Counted from the stretch's first letter, positions 1 to 7,589 are shown. The stretch is DNA of 34,266 bases from Candidatus Pacearchaeota archaeon (GCA_038886595.1 JAWALV010000001.1:1-34266), one strand, 5' to 3'. Translations and numbers: made by a program. Notes: generated by a model from the letters alone, not told the origin.

Positions 1-93
1 CCACTAAAGAAAAACCATGGCATATTATCTCTATTAAACTTTGTTTTTTAAATTTTTCGTTTTATTTTTCTTTTATTCACCTTTTTTATATTC

Positions 94-124
94 AAACACC
101 TGTTTAAACACCTGTTTAAACACC
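94..124. repeat. Tandem 12-bp unit AAACACCTGTTT x2.6. Each unit is a small palindrome (AAACA-cc-TGTTT). Candidate operator upstream of the 168..452 ORF.
   Basis: Read directly: aaacacctgttt/aaacacctgttt/aaacacc at 94-124, in an intergenic region. Confidence 0.8.
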
Positions 125-167
125 ATAAAAAAGATAATTTTTTAAACACTTTTTATTTTATAATTCT

Positions 168-452
168 ATGAAATTATTAAGAAAAGCAGTTTTATCTTTG
201 ATCTTATCTTTTATTTTGCTTTATCTTTCTTTTTATTTTCCTTTGATTCCTTGCAAAACCAAACAGAATATTATAGGTATTCCTTCATCATGGGATCTTT
301 GTTCTTTTAGTTTTACAGGGCAGTTTGTTAAAGAAAACCTATATTTTGGAAGTTATCCTCCTTCTTTTGAGACTTTTTTTATATTATTGTTCGTCTATTT
401 TATATTAATTTTTGTAATACTATCTTTTGTATTTAAAAAGAGGAAAAACTAA
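168..452 (+). CDS. Small hydrophobic membrane protein, function unknown
   Basis: 94-aa ORF with two or three hydrophobic helices (LSLILSFILLYLSFYF, FFILLFVYFILIFVILSFVF). No recognisable family. Confidence 0.45.
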   Translation: MKLLRKAVLSLILSFILLYLSFYFPLIPCKTKQNIIGIPSSWDLCSFSFTGQFVKENLYFGSYPPSFETFFILLFVYFILIFVILSFVFKKRKN

Positions 453-453
453 A

Positions 454-690
454 ATGAAAAATTTTTTAGAAAAAACATCAATTTTAATAAGAAAAACTAA
501 TTTCAAGAATATTCTTTCTTTTTTGAGAGATATTATTTTTTTTGTTATTTCTTTATTTATTGGAACTCTTATGGCCTCTAGAAGCTTAACTCTCGAAATA
601 GTATATATTCCTTCTTTTTTTACAATAATTCTTGGGTGGTTTATTATTTTAACTACAATTATTTTTATTTTATTAAAATTTTTTGATTAA
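454..690 (+). CDS. Small hydrophobic membrane protein, function unknown
   Basis: ATG at 454 lies 2 nt after the upstream stop and follows gagg at 439-442. The track start at 427 is a TTG that overlaps the previous ORF. Two predicted TM helices. Confidence 0.45.
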   Translation: MKNFLEKTSILIRKTNFKNILSFLRDIIFFVISLFIGTLMASRSLTLEIVYIPSFFTIILGWFIILTTIIFILLKFFD

Positions 691-713
691 TTTTATTTTT
701 TAAAAGTTAAAAA

Positions 714-741
714 TTTATGCACTAAGATAACCTTAGTTAAA
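714..741. repeat. Copy 1 of a 28-bp direct repeat TTTATGCACTAAGATAACCTTAGTTAAA with an internal hairpin (ACTAAG-ataac-CTTAGT)
   Basis: Identical 28-mer found again at 819-846. The 6-bp inverted arms were read directly. Confidence 0.9.
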
Positions 742-818
742 AAGGAAAGCTATTCCCATCTTAAAAAAATTAGAAAGTACGCATAATATATCTTATAAGA
801 ACCTTTTTTTTGGTTATT

Positions 819-846
819 TTTATGCACTAAGATAACCTTAGTTAAA
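819..846. repeat. Copy 2 of the 28-bp direct repeat. It overlaps the stop codon of the 842..1588 gene.
   Basis: Perfect identity to 714-741, separated by a 77-bp spacer. Confidence 0.9.
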
Positions 847-1588
847 TTCCCAACTCTTCAGCCATTTTATCTGCCGCAATAACTTCAGGGACAACAGCAA
901 TTTTTGCTCCTGCTTTTTTAAGTTTTGAAACATGTTTTGGATTTTCGCAACGCGCATAGACTTCTATGTTTGGATTAAGCTCTTTTGCAGTTATCGTAGC
1001 CATTAAATTTACTTCTGTTTTTGGCGTAGTTAAAATAAGTTTTTTAGCTTTTTTTATTCCTGCATTTATTAGTGTTTCTTCCTGGTCAGGGCTACCTTCA
1101 ATAACAATATATCCTTTTTTTCTTAAACTTTCGACCACTTCTTTATTTATATCAGTCATAACAAACTTTTCTTTTTTTCCACTAAGAATCTTTGCTATTT
1201 CTTCCCCAGATCTTCCGCCCCCTGCAATTATAATATGCTTTTCCATTTCCTTTAATTTTATTTCATAATATTTCTTTTTTAAATATTTTCCTAAGTTGCC
1301 ATCCAATAACATGTCAGCAACACTCCATAAAATCCACCAAACAAAAAAGACACCAACTAAGGCCAAAAAAATTTCTAAAAATCTTTCGCTGATTGTTGCT
1401 TCATCTTTGAACATAAAAGCAAGTGTTTGTAATGTTCTAAAAAAAGCATCAAAAAATGTTTTTTCTCCTAAAACTTTAAATAGAATTGTTCCTGTCAAAA
1501 AAAGTAGGATAATAATCCAAAAAAATATTTTTGTTCTTCTAGGAAATTCTTCAATTTCTTTTAAAGAACCGCTAGTTCCTCTTGCCAT
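842..1588 (-). CDS. 2-TM ion-channel-like protein with a C-terminal RCK/TrkA-N NAD-binding domain and a degenerate selectivity filter
   Basis: Rossmann motif IIIAGGGRSGEEIAKIL, followed by TrkA-N-like beta-alpha repeats. The N-terminal TM1/pore-helix/TM2 layout resembles MthK-type channels, but the T-V-G-Y-G-D position reads LAFMFKD. Confidence 0.75.
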   Translation of the reverse strand: MARGTSGSLKEIEEFPRRTKIFFWIIILLFLTGTILFKVLGEKTFFDAFFRTLQTLAFMFKDEATISERFLEIFLALVGVFFVWWILWSVADMLLDGNLGKYLKKKYYEIKLKEMEKHIIIAGGGRSGEEIAKILSGKKEKFVMTDINKEVVESLRKKGYIVIEGSPDQEETLINAGIKKAKKLILTTPKTEVNLMATITAKELNPNIEVYARCENPKHVSKLKKAGAKIAVVPEVIAADKMAEELGI

Positions 1589-1708
1589 TTTTTTATTTTT
1601 ACTTTCAACTATAAAAATCTATCTATAAATTATTTTATTTTTTTTAAATTTTGTTTTAATAATTTCTACTATCACAATCTATTTAAATAACTTCGCATAA
1701 TTTTTTAT

Positions 1709-2545
1709 ATGGAAAAAGAGGAATTTTTAAAAAAACTTGAAATTGAACTTAAAATTTCAAAAAATTCAGAACACACAATAAAAAATTATCTTCTAAAAAA
1801 CAAAATCTTTCTTGATTATATTAACAAGCCAATAGAAAAAATAAATTCAGATGATGTAAAGCAGTACCTCGTTGAAAAACTTTCAGACAAGGCGGCAATT
1901 TCAATTATTTCTTTTTTAGCAGCAATAAAATTTTCTTTTTTTACAATATTGAAGAAAGATATCACGGAAGGAATAAAAAGGCCCAAAAGGGAAAAAAAAA
2001 TTCCTTCAGTTTTAACGAAAGAAGAAGTTTCCCGTCTCATTTCTGTAATAAAAAATAAAAAATCTAAACTTATGATTTCTCTTCTCTATGCATGCGGTTT
2101 GAGGGTTTCAGAATTGACTAATTTAAGAGTAAACGATTTAAATTTTGAAGAAAAAATAGGATTTATTCGTCAAGGAAAAGGGAAAAAAGATAGGATCTTT
2201 AATATCCCGAGCTCTCTTTTGGAGGATTTAAAGAATTTAGTTGAAGAAAAGAAAAAAATGAAAGAAAATTATTTATTTTCTATTAATAATAAACCTCTTT
2301 CAGAAAGAAATATTCAAAAAATAGTTAAAAACGCTGCTTTTAAAGCAGGCATTCAAAAAAAAGTACATCCTCACACCTTAAGACATTCTTTTGCAACACA
2401 TCTTTTAGAATCGGGAGTCGATATAAGAAAAATTCAAGAGCTTTTAGGACACACAAATCTTTCAACAACACAAATTTACACTCATGTTTCAAATGAAGAA
2501 TTAAAAAAAATAAAAAGCCCTATAGATAATATCCCTTTTCTTTAG
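1709..2545 (+). CDS. xerA: Tyrosine recombinase XerA (archaeal XerC/D-type)
   Basis: Canonical C-terminal catalytic region: ...LYACGLRVSEL..., HPHTLRHSFATHLLESGVDIRKIQELLGHTNLSTTQIYTH (R-H-R-H/Y signature). N-terminal SAM-like core-binding domain. Length 278 aa. Confidence 0.9.
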   Translation: MEKEEFLKKLEIELKISKNSEHTIKNYLLKNKIFLDYINKPIEKINSDDVKQYLVEKLSDKAAISIISFLAAIKFSFFTILKKDITEGIKRPKREKKIPSVLTKEEVSRLISVIKNKKSKLMISLLYACGLRVSELTNLRVNDLNFEEKIGFIRQGKGKKDRIFNIPSSLLEDLKNLVEEKKKMKENYLFSINNKPLSERNIQKIVKNAAFKAGIQKKVHPHTLRHSFATHLLESGVDIRKIQELLGHTNLSTTQIYTHVSNEELKKIKSPIDNIPFL

Positions 2546-3146
2546 CAATTTCTTTAATATCTTTAAAAAGAATAAAATTTTTGTTTTTAATTAGTTCTTC
2601 TAATTTCCAATTTTCCTCAAATAATATATGAGAGATGTTATCTGCTCTATAAACCAATTCAGGGCAATTATGTCTTTTTTGAAATTTTTTCACACCTTTT
2701 TTTGTGAAATTATCTACAACTACTTTTTCTATACCTTCTTTTAAAATAATTTCCCTAATCAATCTTTTTGTATCCGCTTTTAACCAACCATCTAGATATA
2801 AATTAATTTGCTTATACCTTTCTTTTTTTTCTCTTAAATAATATACTACCATAAAAGGAGAAATTTTTGCTACATTATCTCCTTTATGTCTATATTCTTC
2901 ATTTGTTAGTAAAGTAAATCTGTAGTCTCTGTTTAAGTTTTGAAGCCATAAATTAGTTTCATATCTCTCTCTATGATTTGGGAATTCTTTCACTATACTA
3001 TCTTCTTTTAATATAGAAAAGGTCACAACAATAAATTCTCCTTTTACGCTGCCTGCATGGTTTGAGTCATCTGCCCCACACCAAAGAATATCTCTTTCCA
3101 TTTTTTTATTTACTAATCTTTTTTTTAAAGAATTTTTAAAATTCAA
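2520..3146 (-). CDS. Hypothetical protein with conserved acidic motifs; possibly an RNase H-fold enzyme (very tentative)
   Basis: 208-aa ORF. The N-terminal WCGADDSNHAGSVKGEFIVV loosely recalls the G-I-D-E-A-G-R-G start of RNase HII/DUF3800-type proteins. Later motifs are LYLDG and YRADNISHIL. Its 3' end overlaps the xerA 3' end by 26 nt in convergent orientation. Confidence 0.5.
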   Translation of the reverse strand: MNFKNSLKKRLVNKKMERDILWCGADDSNHAGSVKGEFIVVTFSILKEDSIVKEFPNHRERYETNLWLQNLNRDYRFTLLTNEEYRHKGDNVAKISPFMVVYYLREKKERYKQINLYLDGWLKADTKRLIREIILKEGIEKVVVDNFTKKGVKKFQKRHNCPELVYRADNISHILFEENWKLEELIKNKNFILFKDIKEIAKEKGYYL

Positions 3147-3179
3147 AATATATTTAAAAGAAAAAAAAATTATTTAAAT

Positions 3180-3698
3180 ATGGTTTGTGAAAAATGTGGT
3201 TATGTAGAAATTAAAGAAAAAGAAATTTTTGGTAAGAAACTTTGTTCTTTTTGTTATTTTTTCGCCCCAAAGATCGAACAAGATTTTAATAATTATATAG
3301 AAGAAAAAATAGATTGGAAAATTTTAGAAACTTTTAAAAAATACGGTCAAAGCTTGGGAGAATCTCAAAAAAAAGGAATGGAAAGGAAAGCCGAGTTGGG
3401 AAAGGCCATGTCTCGTGCACCTTTTGGATACGTTCTGTCCGAAGGAAATTTAATTGAAAATCAAGATTCTTCAAAGGTCCATTCTATTTTCAAAGAATTT
3501 TTAGAAACAGAAATTTCTTTAAATGCCTTAGCAAAAAAATATTCCCTTTCAGTAAATGGCCTTAAAAAAATTTTAACAAACAGAACATATCTTGGAGAAA
3601 TAAAGTTTGGTGGGAAAATCTTTAAGGGAAATCACAAACCTTTAATATCTCCCGAGATTTTTTATGCTGTGCAAAGGAAGTTAAAGCTTAAAAACTAG
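3180..3698 (+). CDS. Zinc-ribbon protein carrying only the 'Recombinase' domain of large serine recombinases; no resolvase catalytic domain
   Basis: N-terminus has CEKCGY...CSFC. The C-terminal APFGYVLSEGNLIENQDSSKVHSIFKEFLE...SLNALAKKYS...GLKKILTNRTYLGEI...HKPLISPEIFYAVQRKL matches the PFGY...L.N..Y.G...H.piI...f..vq pattern of that domain. Confidence 0.7.
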   Translation: MVCEKCGYVEIKEKEIFGKKLCSFCYFFAPKIEQDFNNYIEEKIDWKILETFKKYGQSLGESQKKGMERKAELGKAMSRAPFGYVLSEGNLIENQDSSKVHSIFKEFLETEISLNALAKKYSLSVNGLKKILTNRTYLGEIKFGGKIFKGNHKPLISPEIFYAVQRKLKLKN

Positions 3699-4510
3699 TC
3701 AATTTTTATAAAAGGTAGAATTTTTTCAAATAAAATTTTTTTTTCAGGAGTTTCTCCTTTTATATTTTCCCATCTGTTTAATGATTCTTTTAAATATTCT
3801 TTATTAAAACCTGTTAATTCAGATAATACTCTTATATCATAAATATCAGAAACAAATCTTAATCTTGCTGCTAAACTAAGATCTCCTTCTAATAATCTTG
3901 CTTCACTTCTTATTTCTTCTATTTTTCTAAGATCTTCTGTTATTCTTTCGTTAGTAAGAGGATATGGTGTGTCAAGATATTCTTTTAATTCTTCATAATC
4001 TCTTAAAGTTCTTATTCCTCTGACTATTTTAGGTGAGACAATGTCTTCAGGGCTAGAAACACGATAAACTTCATTTCTTCCTTCTATGAGTTTTATTCTA
4101 GAATTTTCCATTTCCTTTTCTAGTCTTTTTATTATTCTAGATATGTTTTTTTCATTTCTTCTGGCGAATTCTATAATTCCTTTCTCTTCTTCTTTATTTT
4201 CATAAATCAAAATATATGCATTATGTCCTTTTCTTTCTTCAACTAAAAAACCTCTATCTTGGAGGTATTCTTTAATTGGTTTGCAATAGTCTTTAAAATC
4301 AGAGTATGTCAGTGGTTTTAATAAGGCAAGATCTATATCGCTCGTAGGTCTTCTACAAAAACTAGGTAGATAACTTTGCGTTGCCATTCCTCCAACTATG
4401 AACCAAGTTTCTTTAGTTTTTTGTTCTTTTTCTAGTTGAGAAACAGCACAAAGACCTTCTACAACAAATAAATCATCTATTGTTTTTGCCCTGTATTTTG
4501 TTTTTTCCAT
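3695..4510 (-). CDS. Pol-beta superfamily nucleotidyltransferase-fold protein (AbiEii/DUF-type), function unknown
   Basis: Motif VGGMATQSYLPSFCRRPTSDIDLAL fits the G[GS]-x(9-13)-DhDh NTase signature. Long helical C-terminal region. Confidence 0.6.
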   Translation of the reverse strand: MEKTKYRAKTIDDLFVVEGLCAVSQLEKEQKTKETWFIVGGMATQSYLPSFCRRPTSDIDLALLKPLTYSDFKDYCKPIKEYLQDRGFLVEERKGHNAYILIYENKEEEKGIIEFARRNEKNISRIIKRLEKEMENSRIKLIEGRNEVYRVSSPEDIVSPKIVRGIRTLRDYEELKEYLDTPYPLTNERITEDLRKIEEIRSEARLLEGDLSLAARLRFVSDIYDIRVLSELTGFNKEYLKESLNRWENIKGETPEKKILFEKILPFIKID

Positions 4511-4602
4511 ATTTTACTATTTTTTTTCAACTATTTAAACTTTTCTATTTGTAACTACTAAAATAAGATAACATTTATAAACTTATATTTTTTATTATTT
4601 TT

Positions 4603-5010
4603 ATGCCAAATCCCAGATTTTTAGACAAGGAAGGATACCCAACAGTTGAGCTTTTATTAAAAATAGAAAGAGCCAAAAAAGTTTATTTAGGTAACTTAGA
4701 AAAATTTTGCAAAGAAAATTTTATTTCATCACAAGATTTTAAACAAATAGAAAAAGTTTATCTAATAGGTTCTCATGCAACAGAAAATGATTGGGATAAT
4801 GAAAGAAGCGATGTAGATTTTAAGTTGGTTGTTCCAAAAGTTTTGCCAATGAATTTATTAGATTATAAAAGAAAAATTCTTGATCCAAGTCTTAAACAAG
4901 AAACAGAGGAAAAAAGAAAGTGGATTGACCTTTATTTTGTTCATTCCGACTATCAAGTTTTGCCACCTCGTTTTGATCTGACAGAATATTGGTACAAAAT
5001 AAAAATATAA
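4603..5010 (+). CDS. Minimal nucleotidyltransferase (MNT-like, Pol-beta superfamily)
   Basis: Motif YLIGSHATENDWDNERSDVDFKLVV (GS...D.D). 135 aa. No adjacent HEPN-like partner is visible. Confidence 0.6.
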   Translation: MPNPRFLDKEGYPTVELLLKIERAKKVYLGNLEKFCKENFISSQDFKQIEKVYLIGSHATENDWDNERSDVDFKLVVPKVLPMNLLDYKRKILDPSLKQETEEKRKWIDLYFVHSDYQVLPPRFDLTEYWYKIKI

Positions 5011-5418
5011 TTATCTATAACTTTTTTGTCTTTTTGCTCTTGCTTTTGAATCTCTAGGCTTGTAAGTTTCTTTTCTTCTTGTATCTGCAACTAATAAATT
5101 TCTATCATAAGATAGATAAGATCTTTTTAAAGATTCATTTTTAGTAAATTTCACAATCGCCCTTGCTATCGCTAATCTTACAGCTTCTGTTTGAGAAGCT
5201 ACCCCTCCTCCCTTTACATTAACTTCTATATCATAATTTCTTTTTCCTAGAATTTCATCGGCTATTAACAAAGGTTCTTCAACTTCCATTCTATTTAGAG
5301 GTGGAAAATAAAAGAGTCCTTTTTTATTTATTTTTATTTTTCCGTTTCCTTCTTTAATCGTTGCTTTTGCTATTGCTGCTTTTCTTTTTCCAGAAACAAC
5401 AATATTTTTTTGTATCAT
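5011..5418 (-). CDS. rps9: 30S ribosomal protein S9 (uS9)
   Basis: GGGVASQTEAVRLAIARAI and the characteristic C-terminal ...KARAKRQKSYR. Sits in operon with L13. Confidence 0.92.
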   Translation of the reverse strand: MIQKNIVVSGKRKAAIAKATIKEGNGKIKINKKGLFYFPPLNRMEVEEPLLIADEILGKRNYDIEVNVKGGGVASQTEAVRLAIARAIVKFTKNESLKRSYLSYDRNLLVADTRRKETYKPRDSKARAKRQKSYR

Positions 5419-5813
5419 CCTAATAATTTACAAATTTCGTTTAATTGGACAAATTTTAGTGGTTTTTTAATATTAAGCCTTATTATTTCCTTTTCTGGTT
5501 TTATTTGATTACTTAAATAACACTTTATTCTTTTGTAGGCCTCTCTTCCTTTTGTTTTATCCCAAGGCAACATCCCTCTTATCATCCTTCTTAAGAGTAA
5601 ATGAGGATATTTTGAAACTTTTGGTCCTTTTAAACTTGTTCCACCTTTATTTCTCCAATTTATAATTTCATTAAGAACATTCTCTTTTTTTCCAGAAATT
5701 ATTGCTTTTTCAGAATTTAAGATAATTACCTCATTTCCTTCTAATGCTTTTTTAGCCACAAAACTTCCCAATCTTCCTACTTGAATTCCTTCTGCATCAA
5801 CATAGATTTTCAT
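5415..5813 (-). CDS. rpl13: 50S ribosomal protein L13 (uL13)
   Basis: RLGSFVAKKAL...MIRGMLPWDKTKGREAYKRIKCY pattern. 4-nt overlaps with both neighbouring genes. Confidence 0.9.
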   Translation of the reverse strand: MKIYVDAEGIQVGRLGSFVAKKALEGNEVIILNSEKAIISGKKENVLNEIINWRNKGGTSLKGPKVSKYPHLLLRRMIRGMLPWDKTKGREAYKRIKCYLSNQIKPEKEIIRLNIKKPLKFVQLNEICKLLG

Positions 5814-6181
5814 TTTAATAATTTAACCCCTTTTAATTGAGGATTTCTCTTTAATTCTTCTTCTATTAAAACAGCTTCACTCTTGGATTTTTTTATTTTT
5901 TCAATAGCTTTTTCTGAAAATTTCCAAGCTATAATTTTTATTTTTTTATTTAATTCTCCACTGCTTAAAACTTTTCCCGGAACAAAGACCTCCTCATTTT
6001 CTTTTGTTTCTTTGCTTATTTCATCAAGATTTTTTTCTATTCTTTTTCTTTTTGGAAAAGATAAATAATGTGCATATTCAATATTAATTTTTTTTAAAGA
6101 ATTTATTATTTTTGCTAATTCTTTATTTGTTTTTTTAGATGCTTTCTTTTCAATTTTTGTTTTTGAGATTTTTTGTTCCAT
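5810..6181 (-). CDS. rpl18e: 50S ribosomal protein L18e
   Basis: Position at the head of the conserved archaeal L18e-L13-S9 operon. Lys-rich 123-aa protein ending in a VPGKVLSSGEL...I.A.KFS..A..KI-type motif. Confidence 0.75.
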   Translation of the reverse strand: MEQKISKTKIEKKASKKTNKELAKIINSLKKINIEYAHYLSFPKRKRIEKNLDEISKETKENEEVFVPGKVLSSGELNKKIKIIAWKFSEKAIEKIKKSKSEAVLIEEELKRNPQLKGVKLLK

Positions 6182-6278
6182 GATTAAATAAGCTAACGAG
6201 AAGCAGGTTTACCTACTAAACGCGTTAGCTCGCAGGTTATTTTTTATTTAAAATTTTCTTTTTAAATCTTTTCTTTTA

Positions 6279-6362
6279 TGAGGGGAGGAGGATTCGAACC
6301 CCCGCAGGCAAAAAGCCACAGGATCTTAAGTCCTGCCCGTTTGGCCACTCCGGCATCCCCTC
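6279..6362 (-). tRNA. tRNA-Leu (anticodon TAA), class II with a long variable arm; no encoded CCA
   Basis: Reverse complement folds as GAGGGGA/TCCCCTC acceptor, CAGGA-CTTAAGA-TCCTG anticodon arm, GGC-ttttt-GCC variable arm, and a GGTTCGAATCC T-loop. Confidence 0.92.
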
Positions 6363-6447
6363 ATGATTTTTTTATATTCTTTTTACTTAAAAAACTATCT
6401 TTTCTTAATCGCAAACTTTAAAATCTTTCTTTCTAAATAAATTTTAT

Positions 6448-6518
6448 GCGTGGGTAGTTCAGTGGTAGAATACTAGCCTTCCAAGCTTGTGACCCGGGTT
6501 CGAATCCCGGCCCGCGCA
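6448..6518 (+). tRNA. tRNA-Gly (anticodon TCC)
   Basis: GCGTGGG/CCCGCGC acceptor, D-arm GTTC-AGTGGTA-GAAT, anticodon loop CTTCCAA, T-arm CCGGG-TTCGAAT-CCCGG. 71 nt. One U-U mismatch in the anticodon stem. Confidence 0.9.
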
Positions 6519-6557
6519 TTTCAAAACACTTAAAAATAAGCTTATTTTTTTATTTTA

Positions 6558-7589
6558 ATGGAAAAATTAAAAAAGTTTTATAATAAAAATTATAAATTTT
6601 TTATAATTCTGCCTTTAGTGTTATTTATAATATCTTTATTGTATCTCTTTTATTTTTACTTTCAAACAGGAGATTTGTTCTATAAAGATATATCTTTAAC
6701 CGGCGGAACAACCCTTTCTCTTTTTTTAGAAGTTAATGAAAAAGACTTATCAAATCTTCTTTCGCAAAAAACAGAAAACTTTGAAATAAAAACTATTACT
6801 GATAGCACTGGAAGAAGAGTTAGTGTTGTATTGACTTTTCCAGAAGATAAAACGGAAGAAATTATATCTTCTTTGGAAGATTTTCTAGGCCAAAAATTAA
6901 CACAAGACAATTCTTCCATTGAAAAAACTTCTTCTTCTTTAAGTAAAAATTTTCATGACCAGCTTATCTCTTCTATTATTCTTGCTTTTTTTCTTATGTC
7001 AATGGTTGTTTTTCTTATTTTTGCTAAAGGTAAAAAAATAAAGTTTTTAGTTATTATTTTAAATATTATTCTGGCTTTTTTAATTAAATTTTCTTTTTCT
7101 TCAAATTCACTTTCTTTTTTCTCAAAAGTTTTTCTTTTTTTTATTTCAATCTTTTTAGTTATAATGTATATAAAATTTTCAGTACCTTCATTTGCCGTAA
7201 TGTTTGCTGCTGCTTCAGATATTATTTTAACTTTAGCAATTATTAATCTTTTAGAAATAAAATTGTCTACTGCAGGTATTGTAGCATTTTTAATGCTTTT
7301 AGGTTATTCTGTAGATACAGATATTCTTTTGACAACACGAGTATTAAAAAGAAAAAATACTTCAATAAACGAGGAACTTTTTAAAGCTTTTAAGACAGGA
7401 ATTACAATGACTCTTACATCTATGGCTTCTTTACTTTTAGCCCTTATTTTTATTTATAGGTTTCAGAGTGTTTTGAATCAAATTTTTACAATATTATTAA
7501 TAGGTTTAACTTTTGATATTTTTAATACGTGGGCTTTCAATGCTTCTTTAATTAAATGGTTTGCTGAGAAAAATGAAACTCACGTTTAA
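6558..7589 (+). CDS. secF: Protein-export membrane protein SecF
   Basis: N-terminal TM, a periplasmic-type domain, then a 5-TM block with LMLLGYSVDTDILLTTRVLK (the SecD/F GYS.D..I motif). Lies immediately upstream of secD and overlaps it. Confidence 0.85.
   Translation: MEKLKKFYNKNYKFFIILPLVLFIISLLYLFYFYFQTGDLFYKDISLTGGTTLSLFLEVNEKDLSNLLSQKTENFEIKTITDSTGRRVSVVLTFPEDKTEEIISSLEDFLGQKLTQDNSSIEKTSSSLSKNFHDQLISSIILAFFLMSMVVFLIFAKGKKIKFLVIILNIILAFLIKFSFSSNSLSFFSKVFLFFISIFLVIMYIKFSVPSFAVMFAAASDIILTLAIINLLEIKLSTAGIVAFLMLLGYSVDTDILLTTRVLKRKNTSINEELFKAFKTGITMTLTSMASLLLALIFIYRFQSVLNQIFTILLIGLTFDIFNTWAFNASLIKWFAEKNETHV

Noticed and set aside
1-23. Possible 5' end of a minus-strand gene (ATG at 23 reading MPWFFFS... 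out of the window)
   Set aside because: Only 7 codons are visible, so it cannot be supported.
427-453. Track-suggested upstream starts: TTG at 427 for the second small ORF and TTG at 7561 for secD
   Set aside because: In-frame ATGs at 454 and 7573 give compact gene junctions and sensible N-termini. The upstream alternative starts add overlap without support.
714-846. The 28-bp palindromic repeats as a mini CRISPR array
   Set aside because: There are only two copies, the spacer is 77 bp (far longer than CRISPR spacers), there is no leader, and there are no cas genes in the window.
966-1628. Track ORFs 966..1268(+) and 1296..1628(+)
   Set aside because: Both are antisense to the well-supported RCK-channel gene. 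Their translations are low-complexity (F/S/I-rich) with no motifs, as expected for shadow frames in AT-rich DNA.
1816-2040. Track ORF 1816..2040(-)
   Set aside because: It lies antisense within xerA, is short, and has no motif.
6191-6238. GC-rich hairpin region as a tRNA fragment, split-tRNA half or C/D-box sRNA
   Set aside because: It has no T-loop (GTTCGAAT-type), no acceptor/anticodon architecture, and no C (RUGAUGA) or D (CUGA) boxes. It is kept only as a possible leader structure.
5883-6919. Track ORFs 5883..6068(+) and 6680..6919(-)
   Set aside because: They are antisense shadows of rpl18e and secF respectively.
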